In this document: in pieces, positions 37,750 to 50,977 of the stretch
How the letters are laid out: each line of letters begins with the position of its first letter
Numbering within the stretch: position 1 is the stretch's first letter
Source of the DNA: Mytilus edulis
Lineage: Eukaryota
Assembly (NCBI RefSeq): GCF_963676685.1
Contig: NC_092344.1
Coordinates: 102,114,001 to 102,178,000, forward strand
DNA: 64,000 nt
Direction of reading: 5' to 3'
The notes under the pieces: model-generated
What the model saw: only the letters and a program-made list of their open reading frames with translations
Told to the model about the DNA's origin: nothing
The model's database searches: none
Made by a program: the position numbers and the translations under genes

Positions 37750-40295
37750 TGATCATTTTGTTTGAGGAACAAGGACGAGTCTTTAGATATTGAGCACATT
37801 ACAAAAACTGTTAAAAATTCATTTCCTTGCAATTTCCTATTTTTAATCTGTTAAATCTACATTATCTACCTGTTATTTCTAAAAGTGTGGTTTTATATTT
37901 GATTTTGTATACTATTTTGGCAAGAATAAGCAAAATATAATTGCCTATAATTGCTTATATCCACTTCATTTGAACTTTGGTGGATGGTAACTGAAAGTCT
38001 CATTGGCTATTATACCACATCTCAACTCATCTCCTTAGTTTTTTAAAAATTTGAAATTTAAACAGATTTGAATTCAGGCATTTGTTTGGATGTATCTTGA
38101 TACAATTTAAGCTCTATAGCATTCTGTTGGTGTCAATAACCTTTCCACATTATTTTTTTCTGAAACTGCTGTGAACAAATGTTGGCAGAAATATTCTGTA
38201 TGCAAGAGCAATCTTTTCTTTAAGGCAAAAAGTATGACCACCAGATGGAATTCTTGACTCCTAGTGGTCATTATAAAAATTTCGTCTGATAAAACATATT
38301 GCCAAGCCATTTCAAACTTTCTATAGAGTAATGAACAATTTGGAGACGCCTTTAGTTTCAAATTAATTTTGTTTCATTAGGATGAAAAATATGGTTGACT
38401 AGGACAGTTTTATTTTCCAATTGTTTTTTCGTATGTAGGAAAACATTATTGGGTTGCAAACATGACATTTAGATAGCCGTTGAACTCTATGGGAAACCAC
38501 ATTTTCTTCTTTGCCTTTGCAACGGCTTGGCCAATCTGAACCAAACTTGGCAGAATAATGCGTAGAAGTGTATTTTAAAAATGTAAATATTCTGGTAAGA
38601 TATAAACAGATGTCTGATCTGAGGTCTGGTTGTTGTCTCTTTGACATGTTCCCAATTTTCATTCTCAATTTTAGAGCAAAACATAATATGCTATTCATAA
38701 ATTTAGAAGTTATTCATTTAAGTAGATTGTCCTGCATAAATTTTGCTCTATAAATTACAATGTTTCCAGACATTACCTTGACCAAACCCTACATATACTT
38801 AACCCCGGAATTTTAGTGCACATTATCACTAACATAAGAATTATAAAATTTGTTTCACATCCTAAGATGATTGTGTTTTCATACTTTATAGTCTGTTAAA
38901 AGAGATTTTAATGGTTTCATTTATAAACATTCTACCTGTATTGTTATAAATATTTAAAATAGTTGAGGTTTTACATCCACTTTGACAATAATTTAACTAT
39001 TTTATCGGGTAACATATGTAAATTATTTAATTTTCTGCATAATTATGTTAAAGGTGAACACTTAATTCCATTTTCAGTATATCTAAAACACTTTTTTGCA
39101 TGCTATTTAAAGAAGATTTCTTAAAGTATGCCTGGTGAATATTATAATCTACTCAATTAAATTCTAAAAAAGAAAGTAGCCTATTTTTTTCTCTCCAAAA
39201 ATTGCTAAAAGACATTGAATATAATAACTTCTTACAAGAGCAAAAACTATGTAACCTTCAGTTTAATTCTATATTAATAAAGCGTCGCGTGTATCAGCCA
39301 TACAATAAAACTAACAATTACTGCTAGTTATTGGTCTCTTTGTAAAAATTATACCTTAAAAACTATAAAAGGAATTTTATGACTTTCCATTTTATGTGCC
39401 TACAAAATCTAAACTTTAATGTGAAATAAAGGGTTAAATGAGTTTGAATGGCAGTTCATTTATGTATTGAAATGGACACTTTGACGAGACTTTGTCAGTT
39501 TCATAGAGTTTTATGACCAAATCCATACATGTATTAACCAATTTTACTTGAAAAAGTTTTAATTCTATTTAAATTCTTACCAAACTTTTTTTTAAAGAAA
39601 TATGTATAATTTTTCTCATGGATCTCAATAAAATGATGTCACTATAAAACACCTGCTTCACATTTATAAGTAAGATTGATTTCAATATCTTACAGTTGTT
39701 AAAATACCTCTTGATTATAATTCCAGTTTAATACAAGAAAATTGGCTTACAAATACTTTTTTCAGTTATAACATTTTCTCATTATGAAGTGCATCAACTT
39801 TTATACACATGTACAACAGAATTTGAAATATCGTTTAGCTTTGTACTATTGTAGTAATTAAAACATTTTACAGATGCTTCATACACTGGACTTCTTCGAT
39901 TTTACTCTTATCCTTCTAACCTATAAGGTAGACAAGTCACATGTTACAATGCATTTAGATGTTATACAAACTTTCAATAGAGTAATGAATGATTTAGGAA
40001 CGCTTTGAAAATTTGAAAAAAATATAACAACTTCTATTAATAATTAAATTTACTTTTAACACCCCCCTCTGGATCCACCACTGAATTGCCACACACATTT
40101 ACCGTTGCTAAGCTTGTGGTGTTTACAACTGTGAAATATATTTTAAATAACTGATATTTTGAGTAGAAGGGCTTTCTTTCATTAAATATGGATTAAAGAA
40201 CTTTTTGCTTACTTCCAGTAACAGCAAGTTTTCTGTGATACAGTATTGTATAGTTTTGTCATCAGTGGTAACAGTTATCCCCCAAATTTCATCAA

Positions 40296-43200
40296 CTGTA
40301 GTATTATCTAGTATTGTTGTCAATGGTAACTGCAAACTACCAGCTTTCAGTTACTGTAGTATTATCTAGTATTGTTGTCAATGGTAACTGCAAACTACCA
40401 GCTTTCAGTTACTGTAGTATTATCTAGTATTGTTGTCAATGGTAACTGCAATCTACCAGCTTTCAGTTACTGTAGTATTATATAGTATTGTTGTCAATGG
40501 TAACTGTTAACTACAAGCTTTCAGTAACTGTAGTACTATCTAGTATTGTTGTCAATGGTGTTATCTACCAGCTTTCAGTTACTGTAGTATTATCTAGTAT
40601 TGTTGTCAATGGTAACTGTAATCTACCAGCTTTCAGTTACTGTAGTATTATCTAGTATTGTTGTCAATGGTAACTGTAATCTACCAGCTTTCAGTAACTG
40701 TAGTATTATCTAGTATTGTTGTCAATGGTAACTGTAATCTACCAGCTTTCAGTTACTGTAGTATTATCTAGTATTGTTGTCAATGGTAACTGTAATCTAC
40801 CAGCTTTCAGTAACTGTAGTATTATCTAGTATTGTTGTCAATGGTAACTGTAATCTACCAGCTTTCAGTTACTGTAGTATTATCTAGTATTGTTGTCAAT
40901 GGTAACTGTAATCTACCAGCTTTCAGTTACTGTAGTATTATCTAGTATTGTTGTCAATGGTAACTGTAATCTACCAGCTTTCAGTAACTGTAGTATTGTC
41001 TAGTATTGTTGTCAATGGTAACTGCAATCTACCAGCTTTCAGTTACTGCAGTATTATCTAGTTAAGTTAAGTGTTGTCAATGGTAACTGCAATCTACCAG
41101 CTTTCAGTTACTGTAGTATTATCTAGTATTGTTGTCAATAGTACTGTAATCTACCAGCTTTCAGTAACTGTAGTATTATCTAGTATTGTTGTCAATGGTA
41201 ACTGTAATCTACCAGCTTTCAGTTACTGTAGTATTATCTAGTATTGTTGTCAATGGTAACTGTAATCTACCAGCTTTCAGTAACTGTAGTATTATCTAGT
41301 ATTGTTGTCAATGGTAACTGTAATCTACCAGCTTTCAGTTACTGTAGTATTATCTAGTATTGTTGTCAATGGTAACTGTAATCTACCAGCTTTCAGTAAC
41401 TGTAGTATTATCTAGTATTGTTGTCAATGGTAACTGTAATCTACCAGCTTTCAGTTACTGTAGTATTATCTAGTATTGTTGTCAATGGTAACTGTAATCT
41501 ACCAGCTTTCAGTTACTGTAGTATTATCTAGTATTGTTGTCAATGGTAACTGTAATCTACCAGCTTTCAGTAACTGTAGTATTGTCTAGTATTGTTGTCA
41601 ATGGTAACTGCAATCTACCAGCTTTCAGTTACTGCAGTATTATCTAGTTAAGTTAAGTGTTGTCAATGGTAACTGCAATCTACCAGCTTTCAGTTACTGT
41701 AGTATTATCTAGTATTGTTGTCAATGGTAACTGTAATCTACCAGCTTTCAGTAACTGTAGTATTATCTAGTATTGTTGTCAATGGTAACTGTAATCTACC
41801 AGCTTTCAGTTACTGTAGTATTATCTAGTATTGTTGTCAATGGTAACTGTAATCTACCAGCTTTCAGTAACTGTAGTATTATCTAGTATTGTTGTCAATG
41901 GTAACTGTAATCTACCAGCTTTCAGTTACTGTAGTATTATCTAGTATTGTTGTCAATGGTAACTGTAATCTACCAGCTTTCAGTTACTGTAGTATTATCT
42001 AGTATTGTTGTCAATGGTAACTGTAATCTACCAGCTTTCAGTTACTGTAGTATTATCTAGTATTGTTGTCAATGGTAACTGTAATCTACCAGCTTTCAGT
42101 TACTGTAGTATTATCTAGTATTGTTGTCAATGGCGTTATTTACCAGCTTTCAGTTACTGTAGTATTATCTAGTATTGTTGTCAATGGTAACTGTAATCTA
42201 CCAGCTTTCAGTTACTGTAGTATTATCTAGTATTGTTGTCAATGGTAACTGTAATCTACCAGCTTTCAGTTACTGTAGTATTATCTAGTATTGTTGTCAA
42301 TGGTAACTGTAATCTACCAGCTTTCAGTAACTGTAGTATTGTCTAGTATTGTTGTCAATGGTAACTGCAATCTACCAGCTTTCAGTTACTGCAGTATTAT
42401 CTAGTTAAGTTAAGTGTTGTCAATGGTAACTGCAATCTACCAGCTTTCAGTTACTGTAGTATTATCTAGTATTGTTGTCAATGGTAACTGTAATCTACCA
42501 GCTTTCAGTAACTGTAGTATTATCTAGTATTGTTGTCAATGGTAACTGTAATCTACCAGCTTTCAGTTACTGTAGTATTATCTAGTATTGTTGTCAATGG
42601 TAACTGTAATCTACCAGCTTTCAGTAACTGTAGTATTATCTAGTATTGTTGTCAATGGTAACTGTAATCTACCAGCTTTCAGTTACTGTAGTATTATCTA
42701 GTATTGTTGTCAATGGTAACTGTAATCTACCAGCTTTCAGTTACTGTAGTATTATCTAGTATTGTTGTCAATGGTAACTGTAATCTACCAGCTTTCAGTT
42801 ACTGTAGTATTATCTAGTATTGTTGTCAATGGTAACTGTAATCTACCAGCTTTCAGTTACTGTAGTATTATCTAGTATTGTTGTCAATGGCGTTATTTAC
42901 CAGCTTTCAGTTACTGTAGTATTATCTAGTATTGTTGACAATGGTGTTATCTACCAGCTTTCAGTAACTGTAGTATTGTCTAGTATTGTTGTCAATGGTA
43001 ACTGCAATCTACCAGCTTTCAGTTACTGCAGTATTATCTAGTTAAGTTAAGTGTTGTCAATGGTAACTGCAATCTACCAGCTTTCAGTTACTGCAGTATT
43101 ATCTAGTTAAGTAGTGTTGTCAATAGTAACTACAGTTGTCAATAGTAACTACAATCTACCAGCTATCAGATACTGCAGTATTAAGTTTTGTCATTTGTGG

Positions 43201-43410
43201 TAATTTTAATCTTCCAGCTTTCATTAACTGCAGTATTATCTAGTTATGTTAAGTGTTGTCAATAGTAACTGCAATCTACCAGCTTTCAGTTACTGCAGTA
43301 TTAAGTTTTGTCATTAGTGGTAATTTTAATCTACCAGCTTTCAGTTACTGAAGTCATATCCATTTTTTGTCATCAGTGGTATATACTAGCTTTCAGTAAC
43401 TGCAGTATTG
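40296..43410. repeat. 58-bp satellite array (about 48 clean units plus degenerate edges)
   Basis: Unit GTATTATCTAGTATTGTTGTCAATGGTAACTGTAATCTACCAGCTTTCAGTTACTGTA. Confidence 0.95.
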
Positions 43411-44956
43411 TCTACTCATGATTTCTGTTATCAGTTAGTGCTTTTGTCATTAGTTAATTTCGTGTTGATTTAGTTCTACAAGTTGTCTCTGTTGAGTTTA
43501 TTCATTATTTGAACAGAATTCAGGTGACCTAATGGTATGAATGATAGTTCATCCAACCATAAGTTGAACTCTAGATTACTTTATTTATTCACCTTCATTG
43601 TAGCATTGACAATGAAAATTGATGAATAAGAAGAATAAAAGAATTGTATATTGAATTGTATTATTTGGGAAACTTCCACTATTTATTCTTTAAGTTGAAA
43701 AAATATATTGTAAAGTTTAGTTAAATGTTGTTTTCATTATTTTGTTTCCATAGTTAAAAGGTTTAATAGATGTTTTGCTTTTTCAAGCAGCATTTTCCTA
43801 TCTTTTATTTTCTTAGAGTAGTATTTAGCCTTCAATTCTATTTGAGAGTAGTAATTAGTCTACAAGTTGTGTTTGCTATTTATATTCTCCTTAGTATTAT
43901 GGATTATATATTGTGACTTTGTTTAATGTGATGAAATAAGAAAACATTTAAAATCTTGCTTTTTAATGACATATTAGAATGAATATGCATTTAAACACTG
44001 GTTGTGAAGACATTCTCGGAAGTACAAGTCAATTGAGTATTTGCCTGACATGAACAATTTACGTTTTTAAATGGTCAAAGTGTATACTGTTAGATGAGAA
44101 GCAATATTTAATCAAGTACTATCTTTGTGTACTGAAAAGTGATCGATCACCTCAAAGATTATTATTGAGAAAGCTTTTATGATCTAATTGAATTATTTTG
44201 TTGGTCTCAAGTGAGGTTTCATTACATATCTGTGTTACTTATTGAATTCTGTCAATATAAAAACTTAATTGTGACCGTAATTTTGAAATCTTTCACAACG
44301 CCTATCAGCCCTCAACTTCTACACCATATCTGTCGATCTTGCGTCTTTGTTACCTGTAATATTGCCACAATCATTTATATCTTATGCTTCGCTTAGTTTA
44401 AAATTAAATCAAAATTTTCTTTTCAAATTTGAAAGAAAACAATTAAAAGTGTGAAGTTAATATCATTTTAGATCTTTATAGTGGTGCTTTGTAGTATTTT
44501 ATCACTGACAGATATTTGATAAAGGCTCTTTACTTTACAACACACATAAACCTCTGTCTGATATACAAACTTTTACAATTTGTCTGCTCAAATTTAACTT
44601 CATCTTTCTTTTTGTAAAAAAAGTTAATTTAAAAATTGCAGAGAACTTGTGGTTAGGATGTGTCAGATAATCAAATTGCAATAAAATATGAATAAAGCAG
44701 ATAGATACTCACACTCTTAAACTTAGGTAAAATTAAATATAATTTAATATATACTGGTACATGCAAATAAAGGTGTTCTTTCTTTTATATATCATTAATG
44801 CAGTATCGGAAATTCGCCAAAAATATGAAAACTATAAACCATCAAACTAATCTCATGTGTACATCAAAATGTTTTTGTTGATAGATTTGTAATACATGTA
44901 CTTTATTTTAAAAAATGGGGCAGCTGAAAAATTAAAACAACCAGAAACTCACGAGT

Positions 44957-46012
44957 TAAAATTTCAAGATCTTAAGGAACCAACCATGCTTTCAACTTTG
45001 AGCGATAAACTATGAAGCCTTTTAATGTTTTTATACGTCTGCAAAAAAATTTTTGCGTTCTTATAATGGTATGATGTCGTCTGCGTCGTCGTCCGAAGAC
45101 ACATTGGTGTCCGGACTCCGGACAATAGTTTAACATAGGACCCTATAAAATTACAAGATCTTAAGGAACCAACCATACTTTCAACTTTGAGCGATAAACT
45201 ATGAAGCCTTTTAATGTTTTTATACGTCTGCAAAAAATTTTTTGCGTTCTTATAATGGTATGATGTCGTCTGCGTTGTCGTCCGAAGACACATTGGTGTC
45301 CGGAGTCGGGACAATAGTTTAACATAGGACCCTATGGGAAATGCATACAAATGACTTCTTCTAGAGAACCACTGATTGGAATGAAACCAAACATGACATG
45401 AATGTTCCTTTTGAGGTGTTGACCAAGTGTTGTTACTTTGTAGCCGATCCATCATCCAAGATGGCTGCCAGTGGGGGACTTAGTTTAACATAGGATCCTA
45501 TGGGAAATGCATACAAATGACATCTTCTAGAGAACCACTGAATGGAATGAAACCAAACATAGCATGAATGTTCCTTATGAGATGCTGACCAAGTGTTGTT
45601 ACTTTGTCTCCGATCCATCATCCAAGATGGCTGCCAGCAGGGGGCTTAGTTTAACATAGGACCCTATGGGAAATGCATACAAAAGTCTTCTTCTAGAGAA
45701 CCACGGAATTGAATGAAATCAAACATAGCATGAATAGTTCTTTCTTTATGAGGTGCTGGCGAAGTGTTGTTACTTTGTAGCCAAATTTTATCTGTTTTTA
45801 TAAGATTTCAAAAACCCAAGTAGAGTCAGGTGAGCAATACAGGCTCTTGAGAGACTCTAGTTTTTTGGTGTCAGAAACTTATAGTATGTCAAAAATATGA
45901 TCACAATCCAAATTCAGAGCTGTATCAAGCTTGAATGTTGTGTCCATACTGTCCCAACTGTTCAGGGTTCCACCTTTGCGGTCGTATAAAGCTGCACCCT
46001 GCGGAGAACCTG
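44957..46012 (+). mobile_element. Chimeric or nested HINE-type elements with a 189-bp tandem duplication of the 5' junction
   Basis: Head and final tail resemble 54896-55770. Middle has ~165-bp CATAGGACCCTATGGGAAAT units ending AGGTGAGC..AGGCTC..CTAGTTT. Confidence 0.7.
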
Positions 46013-48573
46013 GTATAATATGCAGTGAAGTTTACTCTTGTACATATTTCTAATGTAACACTAGACAAAATGTTCTTACAATCAGCCAAGGCATTCATAT
46101 ATGCTGCTAAGTTCTAGTAAATCTGATAAATAGGATAGCTTTATACCCTTTAAAAAGTAGACCCTTATAAGGGAAAATACAAAATGAAATAGAGATTATT
46201 AAGTGCAGTTTTTCATAGATGAAGTGGGTCAAATATAATTTGTTGTATATGACTTGGTGATATCTGTTTTTCTATTTGTTTTATCTTACTGTCATCTTTT
46301 GTTCTTGTTGTTTGCTACAGGAAGCCTGAATTCTATAGAAGAGAGCAGTGAAGTGTTTGTAATGTCAAAAATTGGAGGTCTTTTCCTATTGTTACAGTAG
46401 AGAACCTTATCCATTTGTGCAATAGATACTCTACCTAAGTTATCTAAGCTTGATCTATTGATATTAAAATTGCCACCTATAAAACCTTAATTTACAACAA
46501 AACTTTAATATCAACCACATAAAATTAATGTTACAGATCAGATTTCTTACTGGGTGACTTTACGGGTTGACGTGATCCATTCAATATGAGGACAAGTCAA
46601 AAGACATCCACGTAAAAGTAACCAGAGATGGGGTTTAGTAAAAGAAATTCGAGGTTAAGACTTGTCGTCTTTATGTACAGAGCTTGTCATAGTATGATAT
46701 AGCCTGTGTTCATCAAGTTTTCTCCTATAGGACCCTCATTTACATATGAACAAATTCTCACTTTTGATCTTCTACTTATTTTTGTAATAGTGAGCCCTCT
46801 GTCTTCTTAAATCCAGACATTTAATTTCTGTTAAGACTTGGTAAGGTAAATAAAATGACCTAGTATTTTTTGTTGTTTGAAGTTTTATCTGTTGGGATGT
46901 GTATTTTGTTACACCTGTGACTTTAAAGGTTTAGTGCTCACCTGACAAATTAGATTCAAATTAGTCAATTGTTAGGAAGGGCTGAAGAAAAGTTAAGAAA
47001 AAGTGTATTTAATTTGAGTTTGAATATTAACTGTTTTGAAATGTAGTGTGAAGGTTTGGTTGTTATGAGCACACAAAGAGGTCTTGTTTCACTTTTTATC
47101 CATTTAAGCTGTAAGGAATTGATATTTGAAGTAGGTAATCTTGACTCAAATATCAAGAAAGTCATGTTTGTTTGTTTAGTGTAATGGTCATTTGTTTGTT
47201 AAAGTGATACATAAATAACATTCTTTTAGTGTTTCATCATATTATTTTATGGTTGGAAATAACTCTCATTCTAAGTTAATTTAGAGGAAAACATACAATG
47301 TTTTGATTAAAAGCAGGCTCTTTGTTTGGAGGCTGATATATTATTTAAAAGTGGAAAAGAATAATGAAATGCAAACATCAGTAATGACATAGTTCGGAGT
47401 AATAAGAACTGCAGGAATCATGGTTTTATGATATAAAAACAAGGAAAATTAAAACTCTATGAAAACATATGTGAAAAGATTTTTTTCATTTAACCCTTTA
47501 TATATTTTTGTCTTTGATTTACAAAAGAGAACTTTTTATTTTCCTAGAGTATTTGACATTTAAATTTGTTTAGGACTCGAGGTACAGGAAATTGTTTTTA
47601 GTTATATATCAATTTTTGGAGAATCATTTCATGAATATAATTATATACATGTATCTTTATAAATTTTATGAATAAAACTTATTAAAAGGAGATATTTGGT
47701 TTTAAAATGTCAATGAGAAAACCACACATTAAAAGCCAAAAAAAAAACCCAAATGCACTGTAGTACTCCTAGATAGTACTGGTTTGTAAGATATGATATA
47801 CATATTTCATAGTCCCAATGCCAAAAGTTCAAGTACTATCAAAGCATCAGTAGCCTTGGGGTATTAGCACCTAAAGACATCTTATCGTATCAATTATGAT
47901 GTGTGGTACACCATAGCAGTCGCTAACAAAAATATAGCAAACATATACCGTGCTTTAATAAATAGCTTCAGGTTTTATATAACAAAGAATCTCCCGAACT
48001 TGATGATGGGTGACACATATTTTGTCAGACCACAAAATCTGATAATTATTTAAATTGATGCATTATTCAAATCAATAACTTTTTGTACGTCTCAGTATTC
48101 GTCATAGTAACATTATGTTGATTGTATGGGGTAAATTCTTGTTTAATAAATTCTGTTAGATCAAGCAAAAAGAGGGAAATTAGTTTTTGATTTAATGTAA
48201 ACTTCCCATATCACCTGTATATCAATATAATTTTATGATCCGTGTTTGTCAAAATATGTTCGATTTCAAATTGATAACTGAGTAGATGAATGCAGTCTTT
48301 TTATTATTGTATTCATAAGATCATGTCTATGTGTTTTCTCAGGATTTAATTTTTATTTATTAGTCCATGGAGCTCATAAGGATTGAATGGATCTGTTATT
48401 AAAATTTGAAAATTAAATGTTGTAAAATGATTACATAGATAAATGTAATTAAAATATTTTTTCCAGATCTAGCCAAAACTGCTCTGTATTTTTTATAAGT
48501 GGGTATTAAACAGGATACACAAATTTCTGCTGGAGTTCATTTAAATATGGAACCTTTTTTAGATGACTTGAAA

Positions 48574-49511
48574 TTTTTAACCGGATTTTTGTGACAAAAA
48601 TGTCGGTTATTGATTTGGGGATGTACGGCGGGCGGGCGGTCGGGCGGGCGGGCGGCAATCAAATGTTGTCCGTGCATTAACTTATGAACCGTTCAACCAA
48701 AGCTTTTAAAATTTTAATATGTTGTTACTGACAACTAAATGAAGGTCAAGTTCAATAATGGCGATTTTGACTTTTACCGTTCAGGAGTTATGGTTCTTGA
48801 AAGATTGAAAAATGGAGTTTCCAGTCGTTTTCGTGCATTTACGCATGAACTGTTCTACCTAAGCTTCCCAAATTTTAATATGTTGTTACTGATGACAAAA
48901 TGGAGGTCAAGTTCAATAATGGCGATTTTGACTTTTACCGTTCAGGAGTTATGGTTCTTGAAAGATTGAAAAATGGAGTTTCCAGTCGTGTCCGTGCATT
49001 TACGCATGAACTGTTCTACCTAAGCTTCCCAAATTTTAATATGTTGTTACTGATGACAAAATAGAAGTCAAGTTCAATAATGACGATTTTGACTTTTACC
49101 GTTCAGGAGTTATGGTTCTTGAAAGATTGAAAAATGGTGTTACCAGTCGTGTCCGTGCAATTTCTCATGAACCATTCAACCAAAGCTTTTGAAATTTTTA
49201 TATGTTGTTACTGATGGCAAATTAGAGGTCAAGTTCAATAATGATGATTTTGACTTTTACCGTTCAGGAGTTGTGGTTCTTGAAAGATTGTGAAATGGCG
49301 TTTCCATTCACGTTGTTGCATTTACTCATGAACCATTCAATCTAAGCTTTTCAAATTTTAAGATGTTGATACTGATGACAAAATGGAGGTCAAATTTGAT
49401 ATTGACGATTTTCACTTTCACCATTCATCAGTAATGGTTCTTGTGATATTGCCAGGACACAAATAAATATTAATAAATCCGGTTTGCTGTCGTTGTGACA
49501 GCCTCTTGTTT
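48574..49511 (+). mobile_element. HINE-type element, copy 2 of the 31439-32715 family
   Basis: Same termini, (GGCG)n and ~160-bp units; fewer units. Confidence 0.85.
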
Positions 49512-49699
49512 ATTTGTGTTTTGACATTTTTTTAAATCAATGTTTTTGAAAAAGTTTGAATGGCAAGTCTGTTATATCATAAACTTTCAAAAACTAATCA
49601 AGAATAAAATGTACTACTGACCGTACTAGAGATGTATCTCTGAATGACTGTCATGAACATTTACCACCATAAATTACAATAACACCATTGTCCCACTGA

Positions 49700-50462
49700 C
49701 ATATTAGTATAAGTAACACTGTTTCTATCTCTCAACCCATAAACACTATGTAGCAGAGACATATCTGTGTCAAATTTCACTGATTCAATTCCAAAACACA
49801 CGAACACAATTTAACAGTGACAAATCTATAACAATTGCAGTGATACTATTTCTGAACACTTAAACACTATGTTGTAGTGATACTATTTCTAAACACATAA
49901 ACACTACCGGGATATGTTACAGTGACAAATCTGTAACAATTGCAGTGATACTATTTCTAAATACATAAACACTACCGGGATATGTTACAGGGACATGTCT
50001 ATTACAGTTGCAGTGATACTATTTCTAAATACATAAACACTATGGTACAGTGACATATCGGTATCAAAATGCATTGATACAATTTCTAAGCACAAATAAC
50101 AGTGGCATATCAGTATCAAATTGTAGTTATACTATTTCTGAACACTTAAACACTATGTTGCAGTGATTCTATTTCTAAGCACATAAACACTACCGGGATA
50201 TGTTACAGTGACATATCTATTACAATTACAGTGATTCTATTTCTAAACACATAAACACTACTGGGATATGTATTTATTACAATTGTAGTAATACTATTTC
50301 TAAACACATAAACACTATGTTACAGTGACATATCATATCAGTATCAAAATGCATTGATACAATTTCTAAACACACAAACACAATGTTATAGTGACATATC
50401 TTTTACAATTGCAGTGATACTATTTCTAAATACATAAACACTATGTTGCAATAACATATCTG
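49700..50462. repeat. Degenerate modular minisatellite (~50-60 bp)
   Basis: TGCAGTGATACTATTTCTAAACACATAAACACTA..GTTACAGTGACATATC repeated more than 10 times. Confidence 0.8.
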
Positions 50463-50784
50463 TATAGTTATTAATAATGAACGGTGTCCTTGTTTGTGAT
50501 TCATTTGACCTTGAAATCTCATTCACAGATCATTGATAATGTGAAGTATATGTGATATCTTTACTTAGACCTTCATCTCAAAGATTTTCATCATAAAACT
50601 TAAGTATAACCTGCAAAGTATGTGAAACATTCAGTGATTAACTAATTTTCAAGCAGTGTTTATAATTTATCTAAGAAGGCTTAGATAATGTCTTTACTTT
50701 ATTAAAATCAAGTGTCTTGGTTTTTCAGTAAAATTATCAACAACTGATATGCATTAATCATTACTGATATTTCCATTTTTGCAG

Positions 50785-50977
50785 GTATTTCTTCCCAACA
50801 TATGAAAATGACAACTTATTATGTCAGCTTGAAGATGATGACAACGATCAACAGATGAATAAAGATGGCAGCACTACTAGTTGCCATGGTAATGTGACTG
50901 TGATAGCAGAAGACAACCCTGTAGAAAACACAATCTTAACAGATGAGAAACTGAGACGTGAAATACTAATGTCATAG
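50785..50977 (+). CDS. ZNF277: ZNF277 exon 13 (terminal, to TAG)
   Basis: ttgcag|G YFFPTYENDNLLCQLEDDD...VTVIAED...ILTDEKLRREILMS*. Confidence 0.94.

Larger units (their letters stand above)
2002..50977 (+). other. ZNF277: ZNF277 gene span (13 coding exons, 441 aa C2H2 zinc finger protein 277)
   Basis: Exons 37+190+92+83+92+65+46+133+77+100+93+125+193 = 1326 nt splice in frame with GT-AG introns. The product carries ZNF277 hallmarks such as EHKLVIADV, CLYCEKTFRD..LKEHMRKKQHRKINP..YDRFY.INYLELGK.W, LNFYQQVKL.NYIRRQVH and YFFPTYEND. Confidence 0.95.

Noticed and set aside
40296-43410. CRISPR-like regular array and ORF 42820-43041
   Set aside because: Units are contiguous with no unique spacers, there are no cas genes, and the context is a eukaryotic intron; the ORF is translated satellite
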